NCBI RefSeq assembly: GCF_051059595.1 | Contig: NZ_CP050872.1 | DNA: 64,000 bases | Origin: Gemmatimonas sp. | GTDB taxonomy: Bacteria; Gemmatimonadota; Gemmatimonadetes; Gemmatimonadales; Gemmatimonadaceae | Reading direction: 5' to 3' (one strand) | Part shown: piece by piece, positions 48,467 to 58,446 of the stretch | How positions within the stretch are numbered: the first letter of the stretch is position 1 | Layout: each line of letters opens with the position of its first letter | Position numbers and translations under genes: made by a program | Notes under the pieces: model-generated | Databases searched by the model: none | What the model saw: the letters and a program-made list of their open reading frames with translations, nothing else | What the model was told of the DNA's origin: nothing

Positions 48467-49780
48467 CTACGCCTTGGTGACGTTTCGGAATCGCGGCGTG
48501 TAATCCGGGAAGATGACACCCAGATTCGGGTTGCCGAGCCGGTTCTGCACGATCTCCGACAGAATGTCGCGGTGATCGAGCGTCACGCGCAGGTCCTGGC
48601 CAGACTCGAGCACTTCGCGCGCGAGGCCGGGCCAGCCGTTGGTGAGGACGCGGCCGCCGTTGATCTTGCGGCCCATGGCGAACGCCACGTTGCCACGGCC
48701 ATGATCGGTGCCACGGTCGCCGTTTTCACGCGCGTTGCGGCCGAACTCCGAGATCACCACGACGGTGACGCCGTAGGCGGTGGTGCCCTGAATGACGTCG
48801 GCGTGGAACGCCGCGAGTGAGTTGGCCAGGTCGAGCATGTTGTTGTGCATGCCCTGACCGTCCATACCCGGGACGTTACCCTGATTGGAGTGCGTGTCCC
48901 AGCCGCCCCGGAACGTATGAATGGCTTCGACGCCCACGTTGGCCTTGATGAGCGCCGCCGTCGAGCGCAGCACGTTGCCAAAGCCCGAGGTCGGATACAC
49001 CGCACCGTTTTCGGTGCGATAGCCGGCAAAATTGATGCTCTGGAGCAACGCTATCGTATTGGTGGAGTCGAGCGCGTTCGCGGCGACCGGATGGCTGGAG
49101 CCCTGATAGTTCTGCGCCAGCCACTGGGTACGGGCACTGGCCGTTGCGGCGGCCCCGCCAATGGTGAACGAGTTCGGATTGGGAATGGGGAGCGCCTTGG
49201 GACCCAGCTCGAGCGTCTTGGGCAAGCCGCCGGTGAAGCTGAGCGCCCGCAGCGGAGCGTCGGAACGCAGCGGCGTGCTCGTCGCCAAATGGCGCCCCAG
49301 CCATCCGCCCGCCACGTTCAAGTCACGCGGCTTCCCCACCTCCATGTATCGTTGCGCATCGAAGTGCGAACGCGAGTTGTCGACCGAGCCGGTGGCATGC
49401 GCCACCAGCAGATCGCCGGTCTGATACGCCGGATACAACGGCGACATGCCCGGGGAGAACCCGAAGAAACCGTCGAGATTCGTGGCACGGTTGGCCGTGC
49501 CCACCGCCGCGTCGGGACGCGGAATATTGATGTTCGGGCGTCCCGTGTAGTAGTCGGGATCACCGAACGGCACCACCATCGACATGCCGTCGGTCCCGCC
49601 GCTCAGAAACACCGACACGACGATGTCGCGCGTCGAGTTCGATGATTGCGCCAGTACCACCTGCGGCAACCACGTGGGTACGAGTGCCGCGATACCGATC
49701 CCGCTGGCCATCGAGAGAAAATCACGACGCGCCAGCGTCTGGTATTCCTGACATCCGGTGTCGAGTGTTTCGTCGCTCAT
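48467..49780 (-). CDS. DUF1501 domain-containing protein, Tat signal
   Basis: ARRDFL; FLSGGTDG, RSHF, GWDTH, SEFGR, GTDHG. Confidence 0.9.
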   Translation of the reverse strand: MSDETLDTGCQEYQTLARRDFLSMASGIGIAALVPTWLPQVVLAQSSNSTRDIVVSVFLSGGTDGMSMVVPFGDPDYYTGRPNINIPRPDAAVGTANRATNLDGFFGFSPGMSPLYPAYQTGDLLVAHATGSVDNSRSHFDAQRYMEVGKPRDLNVAGGWLGRHLATSTPLRSDAPLRALSFTGGLPKTLELGPKALPIPNPNSFTIGGAAATASARTQWLAQNYQGSSHPVAANALDSTNTIALLQSINFAGYRTENGAVYPTSGFGNVLRSTAALIKANVGVEAIHTFRGGWDTHSNQGNVPGMDGQGMHNNMLDLANSLAAFHADVIQGTTAYGVTVVVISEFGRNARENGDRGTDHGRGNVAFAMGRKINGGRVLTNGWPGLAREVLESGQDLRVTLDHRDILSEIVQNRLGNPNLGVIFPDYTPRFRNVTKA

Positions 49781-49841
49781 GCGGGCAGTTGCCGGTGAAG
49801 TGAGCCTGTCAGCCGTGTCACAGACGGAAGCATCGGGACCA

Positions 49842-51407
49842 TCAGTACCACTGGAACTCGTTGGCGCTCATCGCGAGCGACAACGTTTCACGCACGCGCG
49901 CATCGCTGTAGGCGGCACCGCGGAGGTAGCTCAGCAACGACGCACGGAGCTGAGCCGGCATTTCGCCCGCGAACAGCCGCGTGTTGATCTGCTGCATGAC
50001 CCCTTCGGCGTTATCGGCCGCGCGGAACAGCATCGAGTCCGTGCGATAGGTCGTGGTCGACGTCTGCCCGCTCAGATACTGCGCGTAGGTCCACCGCGAC
50101 AGCACCAGTCCACTCCACCACGCCACACTGTCAGGGTACCCATCGGGCTGGTCCCACTTGAAGAGCGGCTGCCCCATCCCGTCGTGCGTGCGGCGCGCAT
50201 TGCGGATGTTCGGCGCCGTGAGCGGCGTCGTGCCGAGCGCGCGCATGGCCGACACCGCCAAATGGAACGGACGCTTGTACTTGGCCGGCGCCGCCGCGAG
50301 GTTCTTGCTCGTGAGAATGGTGCGGATCATCTCGCGGATGTCGCCGCGCGTGCGGGTGTACGTGGCCGCCGTCGCGTCGATGACGGCGGCCGGTGGGGTA
50401 TACGCCAGCAGCCACGCCGCCATTTTCGCGCTGATGTACCGCGCCGTGCTCGGATGATCGAGCAACATCTGGATGGCCAAGTCGCCTTCGCCCTTCATCG
50501 CCGCGTCCGTCGCGGTGGTGGTCATGGCGGGGAACGCACGCCCCATAAAGGTCTTGGCGCGAATATCGTGGTTGCCACGACGCCACAGGAACGAGCCGTC
50601 GCCAATCGTGCTCCATCCCGTCAAAATCCGCGAGAGTTCCGCCACGTCCGTTTGCGTGTAGCCGCCGTCCACCCCGAGGGTGTGCAGCTCCATGATCTCG
50701 CGGGCGTAGTTCTGGTTGGGTGTCGGGGTACGGCTGGTGTTCTGGTTCAGATAGTTCAGCATCGCCGCGCTTTGCGCCGACGCCATGAGCAGATCGCGGA
50801 AGTTCCCCATGGCATGACGACGGATGACGTCGCGGTCGTCGAGGATCTTGTTGAAACCGACGCCAAACACCTCAATGTCGACGCTGAAGTGGTCCGTCCA
50901 GAACTCCACCATGCGCTCATGCAACTGACGGCGCGAGAACAGCGCGCGATACCACGTGGCGTCGGCCAGCTGCTCCCTGACTTCGTCCGTGCCCTGCGTC
51001 TGCAGGACGGCGCCCGTCATGGCCAGCATGGGCAGACGAGTAGCGACGAGTTGATCGACCTCGCTGTCGTCGATCGCCGACCAGTTGAGCTGGTACTCGA
51101 GGTAGCCGCTATAGCCAAGTTGGCGCGCGCGCGTGACTTCTTCCGGGGAGAGCCCCATGGTCGTGCGGCGCACGAGGCGCAGCACCGGATCACGCCATGT
51201 CAGCGAGACATCGGCGCCAGCGACAGTACCGGCCGGAAGCGGAGCGGTGCGTCCGCCTCCCGTTCGGGGCGGTTGTGCAGACAGGGCCTTCCCGGCGGCA
51301 AGTGCTGCTACCGCTCCAGTGCCTATGGCAAAGAACCGACGGCGACTTGGCGCCGCCTCGGACACGGTGGCCGTGCCCTCCTGCTCCCGCTCGCTCGAGA
51401 TCGTCAT
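49842..51407 (-). CDS. DUF1800 domain-containing protein, Tat signal
   Basis: SRRRFF; LHERMVEFWTDHF, MLNYLN, NQNYAREIMELHTLG, YTQTDV, QPDGY. Confidence 0.9.
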   Translation of the reverse strand: MTISSEREQEGTATVSEAAPSRRRFFAIGTGAVAALAAGKALSAQPPRTGGGRTAPLPAGTVAGADVSLTWRDPVLRLVRRTTMGLSPEEVTRARQLGYSGYLEYQLNWSAIDDSEVDQLVATRLPMLAMTGAVLQTQGTDEVREQLADATWYRALFSRRQLHERMVEFWTDHFSVDIEVFGVGFNKILDDRDVIRRHAMGNFRDLLMASAQSAAMLNYLNQNTSRTPTPNQNYAREIMELHTLGVDGGYTQTDVAELSRILTGWSTIGDGSFLWRRGNHDIRAKTFMGRAFPAMTTTATDAAMKGEGDLAIQMLLDHPSTARYISAKMAAWLLAYTPPAAVIDATAATYTRTRGDIREMIRTILTSKNLAAAPAKYKRPFHLAVSAMRALGTTPLTAPNIRNARRTHDGMGQPLFKWDQPDGYPDSVAWWSGLVLSRWTYAQYLSGQTSTTTYRTDSMLFRAADNAEGVMQQINTRLFAGEMPAQLRASLLSYLRGAAYSDARVRETLSLAMSANEFQWY

Positions 51408-51414
51408 GGAATAA

Positions 51415-51443
51415 ATGTTTTGCGGGATAAACCGTTCTGTCAA
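51415..51443 (-). promoter_or_regulatory. Putative sigma70 promoter for the DUF1800-DUF1501 operon, possibly leaderless
   Basis: Perfect TTGACA (51443-51438), 17-bp spacer, weak -10 AAACAT (51420-51415), ATG 7 nt further on. Confidence 0.45.
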
Positions 51444-51600
51444 TGAAGAAGGCGCAATCGTTATGTTCCAGGAGGTGCGCCACGTCACACGGTGTGAGGC
51501 GGTGTTCCCTCCATGAAACGCTGCTCCGGAGCTCCCCCTCGGGACACGTCTCGGGGGAGACGCCGCAGCGGGCCGCCGGCAACGCCACTCTATAGAGCGT

Positions 51601-52890
51601 CTACAAGGCCCCGGCGTTAAGTCCATAAATCGCCTGCAGCAGCGCAATGGCCACCAGGGCGACAACGCCACCGAAACCGAGGATCATGGCCGGCTCGATC
51701 AGCGCCACCAGGCGCCCGAGCTGGCGTTCGGCCGCCTCGTCCGCCGCCTCGGCAGCCCGGGTGGCCAATGGCGCCAGCGCCCCGCCCGATTCGCCGGCCT
51801 GCAGGAGCTGCTGCGCCAACGGCGGGAGCTCCCCGGTCAGCGCCTCGGAGAGCGCCGCCCCATCGCGGACGCGCGCCTCAGCCGGGGACAGCCGCGCCGC
51901 GTACGCGCGGTTGTGTACCGTCCCCCGCGCCAGCGACATGGCGCGCAGGAGCGAGACCCCCGCATCCAGCGCCAGCGCCAGCGTGCCCAGATATCGCGCG
52001 GCATCCCGCTGCCGTTCGAAGGCGCCCAGCACCGGCCACGTCAGGCGCCGTGCATCCCACGCCAGGCGACGCTCAGGGTCCCGCAGCCGGCGCTGGAAGG
52101 CCGCCAGTCCAATAAGAAGGGCAGGGAAGACCAACCAGCCGCCCCGGGTGAGAAACACGCTCAGCGCCAGCAGCGCGCGCGTGGAGAGCGGGAGCGCCTG
52201 ACCCGTGTCGCTCAGCAGCGTCGCGAAACGGGGAACCACCACCAACAGCATCACCAGCGTCCCCACGGTAGACGACAGCGCGAGCACCAGCGGGTACACC
52301 AACGCCCCACGCACCCGGGCGGCGACCTGTGCGCGGCGCTCGAGTACCTCGGCCAGCCGCTGAAACGTTTGCGACAACGTGCCGCTGGCCTCGGCGGCCG
52401 CGACCGACGGCGCGAACACCGGCGGCAGCCCCGACTCCTGCGCCATCGCCTCCGACATGGGGACGCCGTTTCGCACCCGCTGCTGCACCGCGGCCAATGA
52501 CGCGCGCCACTTCCGCGACGCCGCGCCCGCGGCGCCGTCGTCGTTCCTATCTCCGCTCTCGCGCGAGGCAAAGTCGAGCGCCCGCTCCACCGGTACGCCC
52601 GCCGCCAGCAGCGTCGCCACGACGCGCGTGAGGACCGCGAGCGCCTCCATATCCTGCCCGGACCATTGCGCCCACCGAGTGCCGACGGCGGCGGTGATGC
52701 GCGCCTGCCACCCTGTTCCGGCTGTGCTGGAGTCGCGTGGCGATGTCGTTGCGGCGCCCACCGGCAGCAGCTCGATGACCCACAGCGATTGCTCGCGCAG
52801 CTGAGACAGTGCGTCGGCCGCCGTCGCGGCCCGCACGTCCCCTTCGACTTCGCGGCCCGCGGCATCCGCCGCGCGATAGCGCCACGTCAC
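51601..52890 (-). CDS. gspF: Type II secretion system inner membrane platform protein F
   Basis: W.YRA.DA.G; LATLLAAGVP; EASGTL; GALVYP; GESGG.L; LIEPAMIL. Confidence 0.92.
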   Translation of the reverse strand: MTWRYRAADAAGREVEGDVRAATAADALSQLREQSLWVIELLPVGAATTSPRDSSTAGTGWQARITAAVGTRWAQWSGQDMEALAVLTRVVATLLAAGVPVERALDFASRESGDRNDDGAAGAASRKWRASLAAVQQRVRNGVPMSEAMAQESGLPPVFAPSVAAAEASGTLSQTFQRLAEVLERRAQVAARVRGALVYPLVLALSSTVGTLVMLLVVVPRFATLLSDTGQALPLSTRALLALSVFLTRGGWLVFPALLIGLAAFQRRLRDPERRLAWDARRLTWPVLGAFERQRDAARYLGTLALALDAGVSLLRAMSLARGTVHNRAYAARLSPAEARVRDGAALSEALTGELPPLAQQLLQAGESGGALAPLATRAAEAADEAAERQLGRLVALIEPAMILGFGGVVALVAIALLQAIYGLNAGAL

Positions 52891-54377
52891 CCGTCTTCTC
52901 CCGCACTCAGCACCCGCGCCAGCTCGGCCACCGTCGTACCGCCCGCGCGCACGAGGCGCAGGCCATCATCGCGCAGCGACGCCACGCCTTGGGCCCGGGC
53001 CATCGCGCGCAGCGCGCCGGCACTCTCCCCACGCGCGAACGCCTCGCGCAGCGTATCGGTCATGATCACAAGTTCCGTGATCGCCTGACGGCCCTGATAG
53101 CCGGTGCCCGAACAATCGTCGCAGCCATGCCCCGCGCGCACGGTGGTCAGCACGTCACCGCCCAGCAAGGCACGCTCGCCCTCCGTGACGGGGCGCCACT
53201 CGCCGCAGCGGTCACAGATACGCCGCACCAGGCGCTGCGCGAGCACGCCCTGCAACGTGGCCGTGAGCAGATACGCCGGCACGCCCATGTCGCGCAGCCG
53301 CGCCAACGCACCAATGGCATCGGTGGTGTGCACCGTGCTCAGCACGAGGTGTCCCGTGAGCGCTGCGCGCACCGCAATCTCGGCGGTCTCGGCGTCGCGC
53401 ATTTCGCCGACGAGAATCACATCCGGGTCGTGGCGCAGAATGGCGCGCAAGGCCTCGGCAAAGCCGAATCCGGCGCGCGCATTCACCGGCAGCTGTACCA
53501 CACCATCGAGCCGGTACTCCACCGGATCTTCCACCGTCACCACCTTCACGCCCGGAGCACTACGTTCGCGCAGCGCAGCGTACAGCGTGGTGGTCTTTCC
53601 TGAGCCGGTGGGACCGGTGACGAGCACGAGCCCGCTGCTGCGCTGCAACAGCCCGCGCAGTGCCGCGGCAACCGGGGCATCGAGGCCGAGGGCATCGAGC
53701 GCCTGCGGTTGCGCCTCGTTGCCACCGTCGAGCAGGCGCAGCACGATGCTCTCACCGTGCAACGCGGGAAGCGTGGACACACGCACATCCAGCTCACGTT
53801 GACCAACACGAACCCGCGCACGACCATCCTGCGGCAAGCGGCGTTCGGCAATGTCGAGCCCGGCCAACACCTTGATGCGCGACACCACCGCTGCACGAAA
53901 CTCGACCCCGAGTTGCTGTGCGTCACGGAGCACCCCGTCGAGCCGCATGCGGATCCGCACGCCGTCGGTGGTCGACTCTACGTGCACATCGCTGGCCTTC
54001 GCGCGCATCGCCTCCGCGAGCATGGCGTTCACGACCTGCACGACCGGTTCACGGCTCGCGAGGGCTCGCAAGTCGTCGAGCGATTCGACGCTGTCGCCAT
54101 CGAGCGATCGCGTGACCTCGTGGTCGGTGCCGCGTGGAGCTGCCACGAGGGCGGCACGAATGTCCCCGGCGCCCGCTGCCACCAGCTGCACCGGAGCGCC
54201 GAGTGTGCGCTCGAGCGCATCGAGGACGTGCGGGGCGGGCGTGCCATCGGCTGCGACGCGCGCCGCATTATCCGTGATGCCGAGCGGCAGCACGGCGTGC
54301 TCTTCGAGCCAGCGGGCCGGAAAACGGCGGGCCAGCGGCTCGCTCGCCGCCGCACGGAGTTCGCGCGCGTCGCTCAT
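52887..54377 (-). CDS. gspE: Type II secretion system ATPase E
   Basis: ASDVHVE, ERRLPQDGR, TGPTGSGKTTTLY, EDPVEY, RHDPDVILVGEMRD, tetracysteine motif, GYQGR. Confidence 0.96.
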   Translation of the reverse strand: MSDARELRAAASEPLARRFPARWLEEHAVLPLGITDNAARVAADGTPAPHVLDALERTLGAPVQLVAAGAGDIRAALVAAPRGTDHEVTRSLDGDSVESLDDLRALASREPVVQVVNAMLAEAMRAKASDVHVESTTDGVRIRMRLDGVLRDAQQLGVEFRAAVVSRIKVLAGLDIAERRLPQDGRARVRVGQRELDVRVSTLPALHGESIVLRLLDGGNEAQPQALDALGLDAPVAAALRGLLQRSSGLVLVTGPTGSGKTTTLYAALRERSAPGVKVVTVEDPVEYRLDGVVQLPVNARAGFGFAEALRAILRHDPDVILVGEMRDAETAEIAVRAALTGHLVLSTVHTTDAIGALARLRDMGVPAYLLTATLQGVLAQRLVRRICDRCGEWRPVTEGERALLGGDVLTTVRAGHGCDDCSGTGYQGRQAITELVIMTDTLREAFARGESAGALRAMARAQGVASLRDDGLRLVRAGGTTVAELARVLSAGEDG

Positions 54378-54384
54378 GACGGAC

Positions 54385-56178
54385 TCAGCGCGACGGCGGT
54401 CGCTTGACCGGCGTGTCGTTCAATGCACCGGGCGACTTCTCTTCCATGCGTTTGCGGATGCGCTCGCGAATGGTGTCGGCGTCCGCATCGGAGCGGACGA
54501 TGTACGGTGTCACGAAAATCGCCAGTTCCGTACGCTGCTGCGTGGTGGATTGCCGGCGGAACAACGCCCCTGCGAAGGGAATGTCCTTGAGCAGCGGAAT
54601 GCCCTGTTCCTGCACCTGTCGCGTGTCGCCAATGAGACCCGCAATCACGACCGTCTGCCCGTCGCGCAGAATGGCGCGCGTGCTGGCCTCGCGGGTAGAG
54701 ATCACCGGGGCACTCAGCGCGGCCGACACCGTCTGCGGTGTGAGCGAACTCACTTCCTGCAGCAGCTGCACCGACACGTAGCCGTCGTCGTTGATCGTGG
54801 GCAGAATGGACAGCTTCGTGCCTACGTCTTGATACTGGACGGCGCGGTCGATCGACACGTCGTTGCCGAGCCGCGTGCTCGCAATGAACGGCACTTTGTT
54901 GCCCACCAGAATCGTCGCTTCCCGGTTGTTCACCGCGACGATCTCCGGCGTGGAGAGCACCTGCACCTTGCTGGTCGACGCGATGGTCCGCAGCAAGGCT
55001 CGCACGCCCGTCCCGTCGAGACGCACCAGCCGCAACAGTGCGGACGTCGAGCCGGTATCGGGGATCTCGGGATTACCGAACTGTCCTTGGACATCGCCGC
55101 CGCGGTTGACCGCTCCCCAGTCCACGCCGAATTCGAACCCGCGACCCAGCGCGATCTCGGCAATGGTGACTTCGAAGAGCACCTGTGCCGGCCGCACGTC
55201 GAGCGCGTCGATCGTCTCGCGGAGCATGGGGAAGTTGGGCGGCGCCGTCCGGATCAAGAGCGAGTTGGTCGGCGCATTCGCGACGACGGTGGTGCGCCCC
55301 ACCAGCAGGCCGGCGGCGGAGTCGCGCGGCGTAATGGCAGCGGGCGTGCTGTTGGCACTGGTGCTCGCCGCGCCGGTGTTGGGCATGCCGCTGTTGCGCG
55401 TGCGGAAGGTGTCCGCCTCGCGGGTGCGGAAGCTGTCGAGTGCGCGCGTGAGCGAGCGGTCCGAAAGCGAGCCGATGTTCGCGTTCGCCACCTGCACGCC
55501 GAACAGCTGGCCGATCGCCCCGGCGAGGTCATCGGCCGACGCGTACTTGAGATTCACCACATACGTGCGGAGCCCCGACTCGCCCGCCGGTGAACTGTCG
55601 AGCGTGCGCAGCAGCTCGAGGTAGCGCGCCATGTTGCTGCCACGATCGGTGATCAACAGCGCATTCGATCGTGTGACCGTTTCGATGCGCGCGCCCTTCG
55701 CGGCAACGGCCTTCAACGCTTCAGCGCCTTCGTCCGCGCGGATGCTTTGCAGCGGCACGAGCTGCGTGACCAATCCGAGCGGTGCCGGATCGGGGAAGGC
55801 GAACCCGGTACGCAGTGTGCCCGACGACGGCGACTTCTCCGTGGGTAGCACCTGCGCGACGGTGCCGCTCGGAATGAGCATCAGGCCGTGCGCTTCGAGC
55901 AACGATTCGAGGACACGTTCCACATCGGCGTTGGTGACCGCAGCCGGCGTGGCGAACGTCACCCGCACATCGGGAATGTCGGAGAGAATGACGGTGCGCC
56001 CGAGCGTCTGCGCCAGCGCGCGAATCACGTCGGCGAGCCGGGCGTTCGAAAAGTCGAGTGAGGCGGCGCGTGCGGATTCGGCCGGTCGCGTCTGCGCCGA
56101 CAACAGCGCAGGCATGCTCAGCAGACCGAACGCCAACAGGTGACGGGCACGCAGCCCGCTGACGGAGGGGAATTTCAT
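54385..56178 (-). CDS. gspD: Type II secretion system secretin D
   Basis: N0/N domains; LDVRPAQVLFEVTIAE, VLSTPEI, DVG.KL.ILP, GIPLLKDIP, RTELAIFVTPYIV. Confidence 0.93.
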   Translation of the reverse strand: MKFPSVSGLRARHLLAFGLLSMPALLSAQTRPAESARAASLDFSNARLADVIRALAQTLGRTVILSDIPDVRVTFATPAAVTNADVERVLESLLEAHGLMLIPSGTVAQVLPTEKSPSSGTLRTGFAFPDPAPLGLVTQLVPLQSIRADEGAEALKAVAAKGARIETVTRSNALLITDRGSNMARYLELLRTLDSSPAGESGLRTYVVNLKYASADDLAGAIGQLFGVQVANANIGSLSDRSLTRALDSFRTREADTFRTRNSGMPNTGAASTSANSTPAAITPRDSAAGLLVGRTTVVANAPTNSLLIRTAPPNFPMLRETIDALDVRPAQVLFEVTIAEIALGRGFEFGVDWGAVNRGGDVQGQFGNPEIPDTGSTSALLRLVRLDGTGVRALLRTIASTSKVQVLSTPEIVAVNNREATILVGNKVPFIASTRLGNDVSIDRAVQYQDVGTKLSILPTINDDGYVSVQLLQEVSSLTPQTVSAALSAPVISTREASTRAILRDGQTVVIAGLIGDTRQVQEQGIPLLKDIPFAGALFRRQSTTQQRTELAIFVTPYIVRSDADADTIRERIRKRMEEKSPGALNDTPVKRPPSR

Positions 56179-56726
56179 CGCAGCTCGGGTTCACCGGAGT
56201 CTGACGGGACTCGGCGGAGGAGGCGCACCGTACGCGTCCCCGCCGATGAAGAAAGCTCTACGCGATCGGCGCCAATGCGGCGCACGCGGTAGCCGGACAC
56301 ACGATCACCAACTTGCACGAGCTTCGGCACGCTATCGGCACCGGGAAAGCGCATCAGCGCCCGCGACACGCCATCGAGCATCACGACGCCCTGCAGGACC
56401 ACGTCGTCGCTCATGACGGGCGCTGTGGGCACTACAGCCGTGAGATCAGGGGTGAGCTCCTGTCCCGGTAGCACGAACCGACTGCGCGGTGCCTGCCGCG
56501 TGGCGCTGAAGAGATTGGCGCGCACCATGCGCACCGCGTTGCTGTCGGCGCGGCGGTTGGCCGGAAATGGGGTACTGTCAGCGGGGAGCACCGTCAGCGA
56601 TGACGGTGCGGTTTCCCCCACGGGAAGGAGCAACATGACGGCGCCGCTCACGACGAGCATGGCCGCCAGCAGATACAGCAGGCGTGGCGTTACGCCGGTC
56701 TTGGCCGGAGGCGTCGACGCGCTCAT
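56175..56726 (-). CDS. GspC-like (XpsN-type) T2SS protein, HR domain without PDZ
   Basis: One N-terminal TM; LQGVV...ALM...VQVGDRV.GY.V..I.ADRVEL; lies between gspM and gspD. Confidence 0.65.
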   Translation of the reverse strand: MSASTPPAKTGVTPRLLYLLAAMLVVSGAVMLLLPVGETAPSSLTVLPADSTPFPANRRADSNAVRMVRANLFSATRQAPRSRFVLPGQELTPDLTAVVPTAPVMSDDVVLQGVVMLDGVSRALMRFPGADSVPKLVQVGDRVSGYRVRRIGADRVELSSSAGTRTVRLLRRVPSDSGEPELR

Positions 56727-57316
56727 CGAAGTGCCCCGTCAATCAACACGGGCGCCCGTACGCCGATCGTCACTTGCAGCACATCGGGCGCGCCGCGCAA
56801 GGCGCTGTTCTGTTGCACGCTGAAGCGTTCCACCATCACGACGCGCGGTCCCGCTTCGAGCGTGCGCAGCAACGCGGAGACGCCGTGAATGTCACCGTAG
56901 GCCGAAATCGAACCGCGCAGCTGCGCGACGGTACCGCCAGTCGACGCGCTGTCGGTGTCCGGGTTGACTTCCACACGATTCACCGCCATCCCCGCGCCTT
57001 CGGCGGCGTCCTGCAACAGCGATTGCAGGGCACTCGCGGCGATCGGTTCGGACGTCGCATGCAGCACGCGGCGTGCGGTGGTGGCCAGCCAGGCTTCATC
57101 GTGTGCGGCGGCCTGCTCGAGTCGTGGTGCGGCGGCGGCGTAGCCCGCGAGCAGTGCCGCGCGCGAACGCGCGGCATCAATCTGCATCTCGCGCGCGCTC
57201 ACCTGACGCACGAGCGGCAACACGCCGTACACCAGAAGCAACGAGAGCACCAGCACGGCGAGCGCGCCGATGATGACGCGTTGCTCCCGTTGCTTTTCGG
57301 CGGAGCGCGCGCTCAT
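56723..57316 (-). CDS. gspM: Type II secretion system protein M
   Basis: REQRVII + TM, coiled coil, ALQSLLQ, LLRTLE..PR.VMVERF; position after gspL. Confidence 0.75.
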   Translation of the reverse strand: MSARSAEKQREQRVIIGALAVLVLSLLLVYGVLPLVRQVSAREMQIDAARSRAALLAGYAAAAPRLEQAAAHDEAWLATTARRVLHATSEPIAASALQSLLQDAAEGAGMAVNRVEVNPDTDSASTGGTVAQLRGSISAYGDIHGVSALLRTLEAGPRVVMVERFSVQQNSALRGAPDVLQVTIGVRAPVLIDGALR

Positions 57317-58446
57317 GGTGCCACCGGCGTTGCGGACGCCATGCGAAAGCCGATGGAAAACGAACTGCGCTGTTGGCCGCCGTCGAGGAACCGGGTGGAG
57401 GGGGCGAGCGCCCGCACATTGCTGATCCCGGCAATGGACGACAGCAGCGGCACCAGCGTGGCGGCGTTGCGCGCACTGCCGTCGATGCGCCACTCGGTGC
57501 CATCCCACTCGGCGCGCTGTACGAATACGTCGGCGGGGAGTCGATCGCCGAGCGCGGCGAGGACATCGCTGGTGCGCACGCCCGTGTCGGCGCTCACGAG
57601 TTGCCGTTCGGCGAGCGCCTGCTGCCGACGCGCTTCGGCGTCGAGCGCCGGGCGTGCGGACGCTTCGCGCGTGCTCCGCTCCTGCTGCGCACGCACGAGC
57701 GCACGCTCGCGCCACTGATCGACTCCCCAAAGACAGAAGGCGAGCGCCGCGATGCACACGGCTCCCGCGCGCCACCACTCGGCGCGGCGGCGGTTCCGGA
57801 ACTGCCGTTCCAGCGTGGTGTCGAGCAGCTGCACGTCGAGCGGTACGGTGTCACCACGCAACACCGCGTTGGCGCAGGTCGCCAGATCGAGCGGCGCAAG
57901 CTTGCCGGCGGGCGCGGCCCGCATGCGCCGCACGCTGCGCACGCCGTCGGGGCCAAGCTCCACCACTCCGGTTTCTCCGTCAGTGGCTGACGCGGCATAG
58001 CTGCCCGTGAGCCCCGCCAAGGCGGCCGCTTGCGGAAGCGCGACCACGCCATCGACTGGAGCCAAGGCGCCGAAGTCGCGCACCCAGGCAGCAAGCTGCG
58101 CCGCGGGCATGGCCAATGCGATGCGCGCCGCGATGGCCACGGCGACGGTGTTCGCGCCGGCTGGCTGCTCGGAGACGATCGGAAACCAGCGGTCCGCATC
58201 GAGTTGCACCATGCGCCGCTGCAGCGAGACTGCGACGGGCGGCAGAGCAATCGGCGCCGCCTCCAGCCACGCGAGCCCCGCAATCAGGACGATGCGCGAC
58301 GGCGGCGAAGGTAGCGCGGCCAACGCGTTGACCACCGTACTCGCTGTGTCGGCGTGCCACGGCAGCTCCGCCACCGGCGTCGTACTTCCCGCGGCGAAGA
58401 CGCGCACATGATGCTGCTCGAGCACAACGGCCCACGCGCGACTCAT
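57313..58446 (-). CDS. gspL: Type II secretion system protein L (PilN-like C-terminus)
   Basis: Actin-like N-terminus, single TM, VLAALGDRLP.DV...WRIDG.A; position after gspK. Confidence 0.72.
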   Translation of the reverse strand: MSRAWAVVLEQHHVRVFAAGSTTPVAELPWHADTASTVVNALAALPSPPSRIVLIAGLAWLEAAPIALPPVAVSLQRRMVQLDADRWFPIVSEQPAGANTVAVAIAARIALAMPAAQLAAWVRDFGALAPVDGVVALPQAAALAGLTGSYAASATDGETGVVELGPDGVRSVRRMRAAPAGKLAPLDLATCANAVLRGDTVPLDVQLLDTTLERQFRNRRRAEWWRAGAVCIAALAFCLWGVDQWRERALVRAQQERSTREASARPALDAEARRQQALAERQLVSADTGVRTSDVLAALGDRLPADVFVQRAEWDGTEWRIDGSARNAATLVPLLSSIAGISNVRALAPSTRFLDGGQQRSSFSIGFRMASATPVAP

